A DNA stretch of 64,000 bases from Calcarisporiella thermophila CBS 279.70 (taxonomy: Eukaryota > Fungi > Calcarisporiellomycota): the NCBI RefSeq assembly GCF_041956535.1, contig NW_027192202.1:257723-321722 (forward strand). Reading direction: 5' to 3'. Below, piece by piece: positions 50,136-61,200 of the stretch. Every line of letters starts with the position of its first letter. The stretch's first letter is position 1. Below the pieces are notes generated by a model. It had not been told where the DNA came from. It was given only the letters and a program-made list of their open reading frames with translations, and searched no databases. The position numbers and the translations under genes are program-made.

Positions 50136-51164
50136 TTAGTGAAGGAGTAAAAAAGTGCTGGCAAGCGCTGCTGCCATGAGAGCCATTGCTTCTGGCAGAA
50201 GTGTCGCCCCAGCCCCCAATGCCAACCCCATATTGTTGGTTCCAGCCAGCTGATTTAACCCGGTGGGCTGACCGTGTGCTGTTCCGGTCACTGTCTGGAC
50301 CACTACAACGGGCTCGTCTTGAGGGACATCGTCGTGCGCGCCTTGTTCTTGGTCCGCATTCCTATCTTGCTCTTTGAGATCTTTTTTGGGTTTAGCGGTG
50401 GCAGTCACCTCTACGACTTTCTGCGTGACGGTTGCAGTCTTGGTCACCGGTTCAGGAGTGGATTGAGTCACGGTGCGTGGAAGAGAGGAGGAAGCGGGAA
50501 CAGAGGAGGGTACAGAAGATGAGCCACTAGACACCGAGGATGCCTTTGACTTAGACAGGCTTAAGCCACGCGACGAAGAAATTGTGGCGGCAGGATCGGA
50601 TTTGGCAGCACTGGAGGCGGTGGGGATTAATTTCGTAATGCCGCTGGGCAATAGCGTCAGGAGCTTGGATTTGGGCAACCCAAGGGTTGGGAGGTTGATG
50701 CTCGTGGGGACGGTTCGGGTCAGAGGAGGCGGGAAATGGGTCCCGCTTGCATTGAGCGAGGCAGAGGTGTTCACAAGGGCGCTCGGGAGAATGCTTGGGT
50801 CAATCAGTGTTCTGGGGCCATCAGACGAGCCGGGGGGCTTTTCTTTCTGGGGAGGAATACCCAGCGGTGGCAGTCCTACGGGGAGTTTGACAAGGTCCGA
50901 GGGTTGAATGGGCAGTTTACCGAGCAGGTCGTCGACCAAGCCACGCTTTTCAAGATACAAAATTTCCGTTCTGATATCGTCAAAAATGACTTTGGCTTCA
51001 TCTGGATGGATGGAGTAATCCATTTAGCTCCCATGTAAAATGCAAAGTGGCGAAGCAGTCCACATACCTTCTTCTTGGGCATTAGGAGGAGAAGCCTGCT
51101 CCTCCGCCATTGAGACTGCCGCGATGGCCAGCACGGCGCAAAGGATGGTGAACTTAAGCTTCAT
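50136..51164 (-). CDS. Secreted Ser/Thr/Pro-rich, probably GPI-anchored protein (2 exons)
   Basis: Signal peptide MKLKFTILCAVLAIAAVSMA, acidic pro-region ending in LEKR (Kex2-type site), S/T/P-rich body, hydrophobic C-terminus. Confidence 0.82.
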
Positions 51165-51708
51165 TTCCAATGCGACGACCAAATTAGGGGAATGAGTGGA
51201 TGGAGATTACAAATTAGAATGAGGATATGACAATGGGGCTTCTTGAAGAGAGCGAGGAGGAATGGGAACGCGGAGGAGAGTGGGAGAACAGAGGAAAGTA
51301 GGCGGAACGAAGCGACGTTAATTCAAGTTTAATCAGACGAGAAGGGCATTAAGGTTTGTAGGCGGTATGACAGGTTTAATGAGCTACCAGTGAGACGGTC
51401 GGCGTGCTGTCGCACGAGAACATGATTGTATTAGCACGAAAGCAGGGAAGAATATTAGATGCCCGCCTTTGTTTATTGAGGAAGGCCGCGCGAAGCTTTA
51501 AGCTTCAGACTCGCAATGGACTCTTCGAGGCACACCAACCTAGCCTGTGACTAGCGATTCCCACAAAAGTCCAAATGAAAGCAACTCTGGAAACGGCTTG
51601 AGCCAGGTTGGTTGAGCGCCTATTGCCTGCAACGATTTGTTCGAATATTCTAAACTTGCGCTTGTCTAGCGAGGAACTGGCGGACCACAAGGTGCAATCG
51701 CGGTGGAC

Positions 51709-52315
51709 TCACCGCCGGCGCCCCAATTTGCCCTTCCACTCCCAAAAGCTCTCCAGAATTCTGCTTTCCTTGTCATGCATCTTTCATAGCCATCAAAGAG
51801 ATTATAAATGCTTTTGAAATAAAATACCACCGACGGCTTTAGTTTACCTCAAGATAATCTTCATCGGTCTCATGATCGTACCCAAGTAAATGACACACCC
51901 CATGGGCGAATAGGACCGGAAATCGCGCATGAAGAGTTTCTCCATGCTCACGGCACCATCGCGCAACGTATGGTATGGAGATAATCATGTCGCCGAGATT
52001 CTTGTCATCCTCGGTTAGAGGGGGCGGAAGATTGCCTGGGGTAATAGCCTGATAAAAAAAAAGACTGAATCAGTTCATGTGCGTAAGATCCTAGAAATCT
52101 TCGCTGGCAACCTCTTGAAATGGAAAAGAAAGTATGTCTGTCGGTCGATCTTTATTCCGATAGCGTTTGTTGAGAGTGCGAATATGGGCATCGTCCGTAA
52201 AGAGAATCCCTAAATCATAGTTTGGGACGCCTGCACATTTTAGAATTTGGCTGAGATCGCGCCTGAGAGTCCGAGTCGGAAGTTTTAAGAGAAGCGAAGA
52301 TCGAATTGTGATCAT
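51709..52315 (-). CDS. YBEY: YbeY endoribonuclease/ribosome maturation factor (3 exons)
   Basis: [29 protein letters not shown], metal-binding H-x3-H-x5-H motif [13 protein letters not shown]|MHDKE..IL. Confidence 0.95.
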
Positions 52316-52483
52316 GGTATGGGAATGGCCCCCGTTTTCGAACACAAAGGGTATATCAACAAAAAAAAATTAAGCTGAAAACGAAGAGTGCTTCGGCGGC
52401 AGAAGTCACTAATTAATTTTATTTTTGAGTGTAGCAACGGGAAATTGACAAATATAAAACAAATGGAGACATGCTTCGTGGTG

Positions 52484-53121
52484 TTATAAATGAATACTGG
52501 CCATTGAATTGCTCAGTGCAGATAAGCTGCGATTCCCAAATGAAATTCTACTTTCATCGCAGCCCTGGTGCTGTCCAATCTCTTTCATAAGCCTTTTCCT
52601 TGTATATTCCCATTCGAATTGCAGACCATTCTCAATCATCTCGTCAAAGTCCCTCTGAGTCTAATTTCAAAACAAAAATAAGCGGTTTAGTCAATTATCC
52701 GAGATGTTCCAAAAAGATTCTGACTTCTCTCCGGCATTCTTCGAGAGTACTTATGATAATTCGTTCGTAATCGTGTTGATAGAATTCCTATGGGATCAGA
52801 TGGGGAAGTTTAAAGATCAGAATGGATCAATGATTTGCAAAATGCCCACGTATATACATCAATATGAAAACTCTGTGTTTGCTGATCGATTTCTACAGAA
52901 TATCCCTTTGTTGTTTTTTCAGGGGCTAATGGTGTCGCTTGTTGTAAGGAAGTAAGCGAATCTTTGTGACCCACAGATTGAGCGGCTTTTGTAGCAAGTT
53001 TTCGCGACTGAATCTCCAAGGATTCCAGGTTACGCTCAACATAGGGTAAGTCTACCGTCTGGGTGGCAAGCCGCTCGGATTGTTCTAATAGCTGCTTTAA
53101 GGATGGCGTGTTTGAACTCAT
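52484..53121 (-). CDS. Nic96/Nup93 N-terminal-region-only protein, 167 aa (exons 53121-52858, 52787-52725, 52660-52484)
   Basis: LKQLLEQSERL...LPYVERNLESLEIQSRKL and IISTLEECRRE|TQRDFDEMIE...EWEYTRKRLM resemble the Nup93/Nic96 N-terminal helices; frame stays open across two GT-AG introns. Confidence 0.78.
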
Positions 53122-53338
53122 TACATTAATGGAATCCTTAGTAGTTTTCCAATTCCCTTGACAGCTCGGGAGCCAATGTTATATAAGCCACACGTTATTT
53201 AATATTTCTGACCATTGTAGGTAGGATGTGGCAATTAAATGCCGCCGTCACAAAGGCAGTCTCAATTTCATATTTAGCCTTATTTCTGGGCACCCCTTTT
53301 TTCTGCTCCAACTCTTTATATACGCAAGTACAAGAGAA

Positions 53339-54340
53339 ATGATGAAGTTGTTCCTTGGAAAGCGTGCTCAACATGATACAGGAAAAGCAGCCATCCTCAG
53401 GATCAAAGAAACTATTGTAATGCTCGAGAAGCGCGAGAAGCTGATTCGGGAGAGAGCAGAGAACGAGCACAAAAAGGCCAAGAGTCTAGCTACAAAAAGC
53501 AGAAAAGGTATATGCTTTGATAATTATCCACCTCCTGAAGGGTAGTGCTTGAGTGTATCAGTGGATGATTTTCCTTTGCAAGAGCGTGCATAAGGAGGGG
53601 AGTCGGGATATCATCTTTTACGGGATTGCTTACAGTACTCCTTTTTTTTTATAAGCTGCTCTAAGTGCGCTCCAAAGGCGTAACTGCTTCCTCGATCAAA
53701 TAGAGAGGATCGGCCTGCAATATGTCAATCTGGAGAAACAAATCGTGGCCCTCGAGTCTGCCATGGCCAATATCGAGACGCTGAATGCAATGCGTTCTGG
53801 TGCAGAATCTCTCCGAAACATATATGGAAAAATGTAAGCACTTCCCAAAAGTTTCTCCATCTTGGAGCATCTTAGCACTATGTTTTTTATATTGCCACAT
53901 CAACTAGGAACGTTGAAAAAGTCGATGAACTAATGGATGATATTCGGGACCAAGTGGATATGAATGAGGAGATATCAATGGCAACCACCCAGTCGTTATG
54001 GAGCACACAGGATGATGTCTGCATCTCCCCATTATTCGCTCTTGCTATTTTCATTTGACGCCTATCTTTTAATCCCGTTCAGGAGGAGTTGCTCAAGGAG
54101 CTCGACGATCTACTGCAGGAAGAGTTGAATGAAAACATGCTCAGCACGCCTCAGCCTGACACCCTCCATTCGAGGGTGTCTGAGCAAGAGCCCAAGTGTA
54201 AGTGCTCATTTTGCGAATTTCCCATTCTCCTACGCTCAAGCCCCATCCCCAACCATCTTTGAACCATAGGGAACCAAGAAGACACGGAAGAGAAAAAAAC
54301 ATTGCGCGTCTTGCAATCGACCATGGAAGAGCCGCTGTGA
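53339..54340 (+). CDS. SNF7: ESCRT-III Snf7/Vps32/CHMP4-family protein, divergent (5 exons)
   Basis: MKLFLG, AILRIKETIVMLEKREK, AALSALQRR, LEKQIVALESAMANIETLNAMRSGA, VEKVDELMDDIRDQ, EELLKELDDL, C-terminal LRVLQSTM. Confidence 0.88.
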
Positions 54341-54741
54341 CGGTTAAGCCGCTCTTTACCTAGGCAAACCGCAAACATTGATGATGCTATTAGTTAAGAT
54401 GGAATAAACTAACCCCATTGAGGCCCAAAGCTGTTTTCAGAGAAGAATGCATACTCTCTAGGGAAAGATTGGTGTAGCTCTTATGGAAATCTGATTTTAT
54501 ATATTGACTTCACTGATGCTTTACATAGGAGTGGGAGAAGGAAGAAATTTAAATTGGTAAAGACAAAAAAAAAAATAGTAAAAAGTACTATGCCTAAATA
54601 AAGGGGTAGAAAAAAATATATTAAAAAAGAGAGGGAAAAAAAAAGATTTAGCACTATGGAAACCAATTCCCAGTGAGAGCAAAGAAAGCAAGACCGAAAA
54701 GATTAGGAAGCAAAAGTGAAATCCTCTATCTCTACTCTACC

Positions 54742-56040
54742 CTAAGGCGGCCATTTATTGATGTTGTCCTGCGGCTTCTTGGACGCACGCAGGACGGCCT
54801 TTACGGACTCTAGCAGACGCCGCCTGGCGGCACTGCTGAGACGAAACAAGATGGCGAAACCGTCGGCGTCAGCCCGTCCCGACGCCGTCTGAAACGGCGG
54901 CTGTCGGCCCGTCCAAATCCAAGATAAGATTGAGAAAGTCAGGGTCAAAGTGGCCAAAATCGATGGATTCGAGCTGATGAGACTGACTTTCTTCATCTGG
55001 AGTAAGTTGAGGGGTCGTGTGGGTGGGTAGGGCGAGTGACGCTTCGATTTCCCGTAAAGGCTCCTCTGGTTCGGTGGACTCCGCAGCGGGGAGGTTGGCA
55101 CAACCCCTGCCGATCGAGCGGCTCCATTGCCGCTCTGTTTTTCATTACCAGAGCGGGACAATGGCGCAGTCGAGACATCACGGCGGAGGGTGAAGCGCCT
55201 TCTTTCAGCGAACGCAGCTGGTTCGCGAAAACCACCGAGGAGGATATTAGCCATCTCGTCGAGTTTGAGTTGAGAGCGGATTTCGGAGAGCTGGGAGGAA
55301 AGCGCATCGATGCGGGCGGAGAGTGTGGCATTCTCCGTCTCCACCAGCTTTAGGCGCTTGCTCAGATGCTCGTTCTCCTCTTTGAGACTTGAGTTCGCGG
55401 TCTCTAGCTCCGTTATATAACGGCGTTTCTTTTCACGGGACTCTTGGGCAGCCGCGCGATTACGGAGAACTCTGCAAGTATAGTAGGCAAAAAAAAAGTG
55501 AGCAATCCAGTTATACCATTGTCATCTCTAAATTTAGCTGGAATTTATGTTGGAAACTTCAGAACAATACCTTGTCTTCATTTTCTCGTCCATGCCCTCG
55601 AGCGATATTCTCCCGCGACGATCCGAGTTTTTCTTTGGCGCAGATTTCTTTGTCTTTTGAGCAGATTTAGCGTCCGAGACAGGCGCATCTGCTGTAGTGG
55701 TGGCCTTTGTTGACGATTCGCTCTTGCCACTGTCGACATTGTTGGATACACTGGAGAGCAAATCGCTCACCATAGCGTCAATAATGGGATCACTCGGAAT
55801 CATGGCAGGCTCGAACTTAAATTCAGTCGAGAGAATACTTGAGGGACTAGGGGGCGAGGAGGAAGAGGTGGTGGAGGGCGAGAATGGAGTGGGCGGCAAG
55901 AGGTAGTGATCTGTCTCATTTGCCGACTCCGTTGCGAGCATGGAGCAGTCCTTGTTGGCTTCCCAGGAAACAGTATGGGAATTGTCCACAGTGCCATCTA
56001 CATGGGCTTGAGTGTCGGGGTTGGCACTGGACAAGGACAT
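54742..56040 (-). CDS. HAC1: HAC1/XBP1-like bZIP transcription factor (spliceosomal intron 55570-55472; candidate Ire1 intron 55217-55087)
   Basis: KTR|VLRNRAAAQESREKKRRYITELE plus leucine zipper, followed by EPAA at an Ire1-type stem-loop. Unspliced product 399 aa; spliced product 313 aa ending at 54869. Confidence 0.88.
55087..55217 (-). other. Predicted unconventional (Ire1-cleaved) intron, 131 nt
   Basis: 5' hairpin GCGAAC-CAG|CTGC-GTTCGC; 3' hairpin CTCC-CCG|CTGC-GGAG; flanking exons pair via TCGGTGG/CCACCGA. Confidence 0.78.
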
Positions 56041-56497
56041 GGTTGGGTGAGTTGTATGGGGGAGAAGGGGGAGGGGGAAGGCGAGTGAATGATATATTCG
56101 ACAACGTCCGCTCTCAATTCCCGTTTATTTAAAAGATTGATATTTCTTGGCTAAGGCTATATCTGAATTTTTCAACACTTGTTTAAATATGATTGGCTGA
56201 GCCAAATTGTTCGGGAATATTCCACTCTTTTGGACAGGGTTACTATATGAAATGGTCTGTCTGAAATGCCATAATCAAAATAAAGCATAGGCAGAGGGAG
56301 GGTTCAATTATGTACAAGTGCATCATTATACGTGGTTATAAGTTTGAGATTATTTACGTTGTCATGGCTTTCGTGACTATTGAATAGAGAAGAAACTGTA
56401 AACAGTGTTCAACATGCTGCAAGGAATATTTGGGGGGGAATGTTTATTGAGAAGTTGGCCTGGACTTTGAATACTACAAATAAGGATCGCATGTACA

Positions 56498-58056
56498 TTA
56501 AGTGCGCTCTGGCGGAGGAGTTTGGGGAGGAAGATCAGGATTGATCGGTTCAAATGCAGACGGAGGGGGAGTCTTCGTGGCAGAATCCCCGTTTTTGCCC
56601 TCCACAATAGTATTGCGGGTGCCTCCAGGGCGTTTGTTGTTGATGGTGTCAAAGATGGAAAGGGCTTGCGCAACCATTGAGCCTGCATCCGCTGCTCCCG
56701 CAGGTACTATCACCGTCGTTCCTTCTTTGGCTAAGTTACCAAAGGCATCCACGTATTTCTCCGCCACTGTGAGCGACACTGCATCAAGCCCATAGGGTCT
56801 GGTTTGGATTGCCTCGGCGATACGCTCGATTCCTTGCGCAGTAGCACGGGCTTTCGCGAGAATAGCTTCTGCCTCACCGAGAGCACGGTTGATCTGTTCC
56901 ATCTTCTGTGCTTCGGACTGGAGAATCGTCGATTGTTTGCGACCCTCCGCCACATTAATAGCAGCCTGACGAGAACCTATAAACAAGAAGTCAAGTTGAT
57001 GGGCACGAAATCACTAGGGAGAAATTAATGAATGAAAAGATACCTTCGGATTCCAAAATTTGCGCTCTTTTGCTCCGCTCCGCACTCACTTGGCTGTGCA
57101 TGCTTTCCACTACATTTGCTGGGGGATGGATGTCTCGGATTTCATACCGCAGACACCGAATCCCCCAGTCGGATGCCGCAGTATTGATCTGCTCTACGAT
57201 ATTTGCATTCAAGTACGCGCGCTCCGCTAGTGTCCGGTCCAGCGTCATCTGACCTATCTCAGCACGCATTGTTGTTTGCGCAAGCTGTGCTACCGCAAAT
57301 TCAGCGTCCTCAACTCCATAGGATGCCTTCGGATAGAGGAGGCAATAAGCGCACGGTCAACATCAAGCCTGAAAGCGAGGTTCAAAATACCTTATACGGA
57401 TCCACAACTCGATAGTAAAGGATGCCATCAATATCTAGTGTGACGTTATCTATGGAAAAATCAGAAATACAATGCAGCAGACTGAATACGAGGCTGATAC
57501 CACGAGAGGACATTTAGTTACCTTGCGTAATAGCACTTTGACTTGGGATCACCACCACTGCTTCTTTTAGACTCTGGACGTATTTGATTTTGTCAAGGAA
57601 GGGAACCAAAACGGCAAGTCCTGGATCGAGAATGCGGCTGAATCTACCCATTCGTTCCACTATCCAAGCTTCTTGCTGCGGAACAAATTTCACAATCTAA
57701 GAGGGGGGGAGGGCGTGTAGGAGGTGTGTCAGCAAATCCCGGCATTCAGTTACTAGGGTAGTATAGAGACAAAGCTAAATTCATACCGTATTTCTGGGAA
57801 GTGATCGGCGAACCCAACTAGCACCGGCATCACCGCCACCTATACTGTCGGAGGTGTATCCATTAGTGTAGTTCGTCAGAGTTCGCCGTTGGCTGTTCGC
57901 CAAAATTGGAAGACAGCGAAAAGCCTGGTGGAATAATGCACGTTAAAAACGAGTCAAAGAGAATGAGTTGTAATAATGCCAGCTTGAACTCACAGTAAAT
58001 GCAACACGCTTATGTTGCTGCCTCAGTAAATGACTCGGTAGGGTCCTCAATAACAT
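56498..58056 (-). CDS. STOML2: Stomatin-like protein 2 (SPFH/Band-7, mitochondrial; multi-exon)
   Basis: VKFVPQQEAWIVERMGRFSRIL, PSQSAITQ|DNVTL, LAQTTMRAEIG, CLRYEIRDIHPP, AERSKRAQILESEG, AEKYVDAFGNLAKEG; presequence-like N-terminus. Confidence 0.95.
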
Positions 58057-58216
58057 TAGAATCGATAGTAATTATTATAATCCAAATCCTGGAGCAATTT
58101 GGACGCGTCTTTTTAACTCGAGAGCCAAGCCGCCAAGCTATAACCTAACCTAATACTATGATGTTCTTGTACTCTCCAGAGGCAAGAACAGTGAAATAAG
58201 GTTTCCATTTAAGTAT

Positions 58217-61200
58217 ATGAATGAGGGGGCGGTAATCACTGCAACCACACCAACTACGGTATTAAGCTTACCGAGCAGCTCGCTCTGGCATCCCGAGCAA
58301 GCTCAGGTGTTCTCGAATTTCTCCCATCTTATTCGATATAATCCTGAAGCACTTGTCCCTGAGCTTCTTTCCCACATATCCCGTCAGTTCCGCCCTCATG
58401 CACCACTCTTCTCCGTTATCTCCAGCGATTCGCCACGACGAGTGGTGCATCTACTACTAGATGCTCTTAATTTCTCGTTGTGTTTGGATCTTACCTTCGC
58501 GTCAAAAAATGCTGACAGAAGATCGCGTTTGCAAGAAATAGTGGTCAAAGATAGCGAGGGCAAAGACGTGCTCCTTTTTGCAGATCGGAGAGCAATAGCT
58601 AGGATTGCATGCTTATATAGCTTAAGTGTTGCGCTGAAGGAATTGTCACAGTAAGTATACCCAAAGTTTTTTTACGCGTTGTGTTCTCGCATGAAAACTG
58701 GAGTGCGTATTTCTGTTAGTTACGAAATCCGTAAGCTCTTTTCCGACGAGAAGCTTGACCCGAAGCAGTTGAAAATCGCGCACGATAACTCATACCTCCT
58801 CGCCACTAATTATGACGTTCTTCTGCGCACTTACTGCGCGGTCACTGTTACGTTAGATTCCATTAATGAGAAGGAGGAGTGGATATCTCTCGCCTGCAGT
58901 AGCATGATAGACATCAATGAAACTCTAATCGATTCGGCTAATGGCGATGCTTCCTTTAACAGAACGATCCTAAGTGTATTTAACAAGTTTCTTGACTACA
59001 TTGCAACGAATACAGTTGAAGTCGAGCATGAGGTGAGTACAAGGCATGTCTTATTGTATTGACCAGGATCTTCATTTATCCAACCATTTTACAACGCTTC
59101 CTCTACAACCGCTTAGAGATATTCCAATGTGCTTAGCAAACTCCTCCTCGCAATTCCAAAGATCACTCTAGACATCACCTCCAGCCAGGACGATGTCTTG
59201 TTATTTTTTAAACTTATTTTGCGCTTAATACGATTAATCTGCTTTAGACGCACATTGACGTTATACTCCCGTAGCATAGTCCTCAGCCTTCTTTCCGAAT
59301 TATACCCAAGCATCACGGATGTTACTCACCGGACGCATATATCAGACCTTCATACTGCTTTATCGACGCTTGCCACATTCACTATTTTTCTCAGGGATAT
59401 CCTGGCTTCCTCCGAACCTGCTCCAAATTCTGGCTGGCAGCTTTGTTCTGAAGTGGGTCCTACTGCCCAGATATTGGCTCGGCATTTTCTCGACGCTAAA
59501 GAATGGGTGAGAGAACCCGCATTTGAACACCTTTTCTTGCCAATGTCGAATTGGCTCATCGAAAATTTTACGAATGGGAGAATGCAGTTTCAAAGAATTT
59601 TATGGGAGATGGCCAAATGCATTCTGGACCGTCAAGATCCTGAATCCGATAGTAAACCTATCTCAAGATGGTTGTTAAAGAGCGCTTCGTCCTTTTGTAG
59701 TCCTAAAAGCGGCCCAGGACCCCAGCGGCGAAGCGACACCGCATTCTCTGTTGACATACAAGAAATATGCATCGAAACACTGGGATATTGGCCAGCTTAC
59801 CGTGAAAAGGTAACCAAGCGCCAGTGCACAGATTTTCTTTTTCAATATTATCTAATGCGAAAACCAATTTTGTTTCAGATATTCGCTTTTCTGCGAGATT
59901 TATTCGCAGATCCGACTAGCACTAAGCGCCATGCAGCAGCCGTCTCGGCAGCAGTTTTGAGTGTCAATGCTGGTGGCCCGATAGGCGCATCCCTCTATCC
60001 AGATAAGCAGCCTCTACACCGACTTGATGGCCAGTGCGAGCAAGTCACTTGCAGGAAACAGAATCTCGATCATCACCCCATTCTTCCATTGCCCTACAGA
60101 AAGCTAATTGACAGTTTGGAGTCTCTGTGTCAGAATGGGTGACTATTATTAGCTTTGAGCCGTGATTTATTAGTTTTGGATCTCATAATAACTATCACTC
60201 TTGAATGTTTAGCCGTCCACCTCGTCTCTCTAGGAAAGAAATTAAAAGCTTCAGTGCTTGGGCTTATCAAATCACGCGGCATTGTTTTATAGATTGTCCT
60301 CTGATTTGGCAGTTGAATCGAAACATAGGGTTAAATACGTGTCGAGATTGGGGGTGTACTTGCATTTGGGAGTTGGAGAGATTGTACAGTAAATGTCCGG
60401 ATGAAGTTTCATTTTCGGTATGTGAAATTGTTTAGTTACTTCGATATTTCAAGAGTGATAGAATTTATTGAACTATGTTTTCTCAGAGTGTGATTATCCA
60501 TGTTCTTGCCGGGATTCTCGAAGGAACTTTCAAAGCCACTTCCTCTGCTTCTGTTCCACTTCCCCTGTGCGATCCTGGCATAATTCGAGCCTCATTTCCC
60601 CTTCTACATTTGCTTCGCACCTCCGCTCTTGTTGAGAATAGATATGCATCTCTTGTCATCTGTGCACGTATGATTGGCTTGGATCATCTCCTTTCTGAGG
60701 AAAAAGACAAGCTGAGTATTCCCGGTGGATTCAGGGATGTGAGTGAAATTCCATTTGGTATTTTGGCTCCCCAGGAATCGAAGGAGTACCACCAAGAGCT
60801 GAGGTATATTTATCGGCTAATACAAGGGAGAAAGTGGGATAACGGAGAATTGCACGACGACCAGGAAGAGCAGCCAACAATAAAGAGATTAATTCAGAAA
60901 CTGTTACAGCATTTCCCCGAGACGCTCTTAAACCAGTTCGAGGAGGAAAAGAGAGAGGAGAACCGCTTCACCATGCCGCCGACCACAAAACTTACTCACT
61001 CTGGGATCAATCTTGCTAGCGATCTGCACCGAAGCGAGAAGAGAGGGAAAATCGCTCGGACTCGTGCTAAAGAAAGGCAAAATTCATCCGACAAATATAA
61101 TGCAGAATCAGAGAAGAAATTGGTGCCTAAGAATGGCCATGCTAGGTTAGCTGGTATCCCAAGCACAAGTGCCGGGATTAAGCCAGTTAATCAAAATACG

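Noticed and set aside
51709-52315. YbeY as bacterial contamination
   Set aside because: Contains two GT-AG introns and is embedded among fungal genes.
55180-55186. Alternative Ire1 3' site CCG|CCGT giving a 34-nt intron
   Set aside because: No supporting stem, length is 1 mod 3, and the product lacks an acidic tail.
55420-55440. Apparent frameshift in the HAC1 basic region (ORF track splits the gene)
   Set aside because: Reads SREKKRRY in frame once the 55570-55472 intron is removed.
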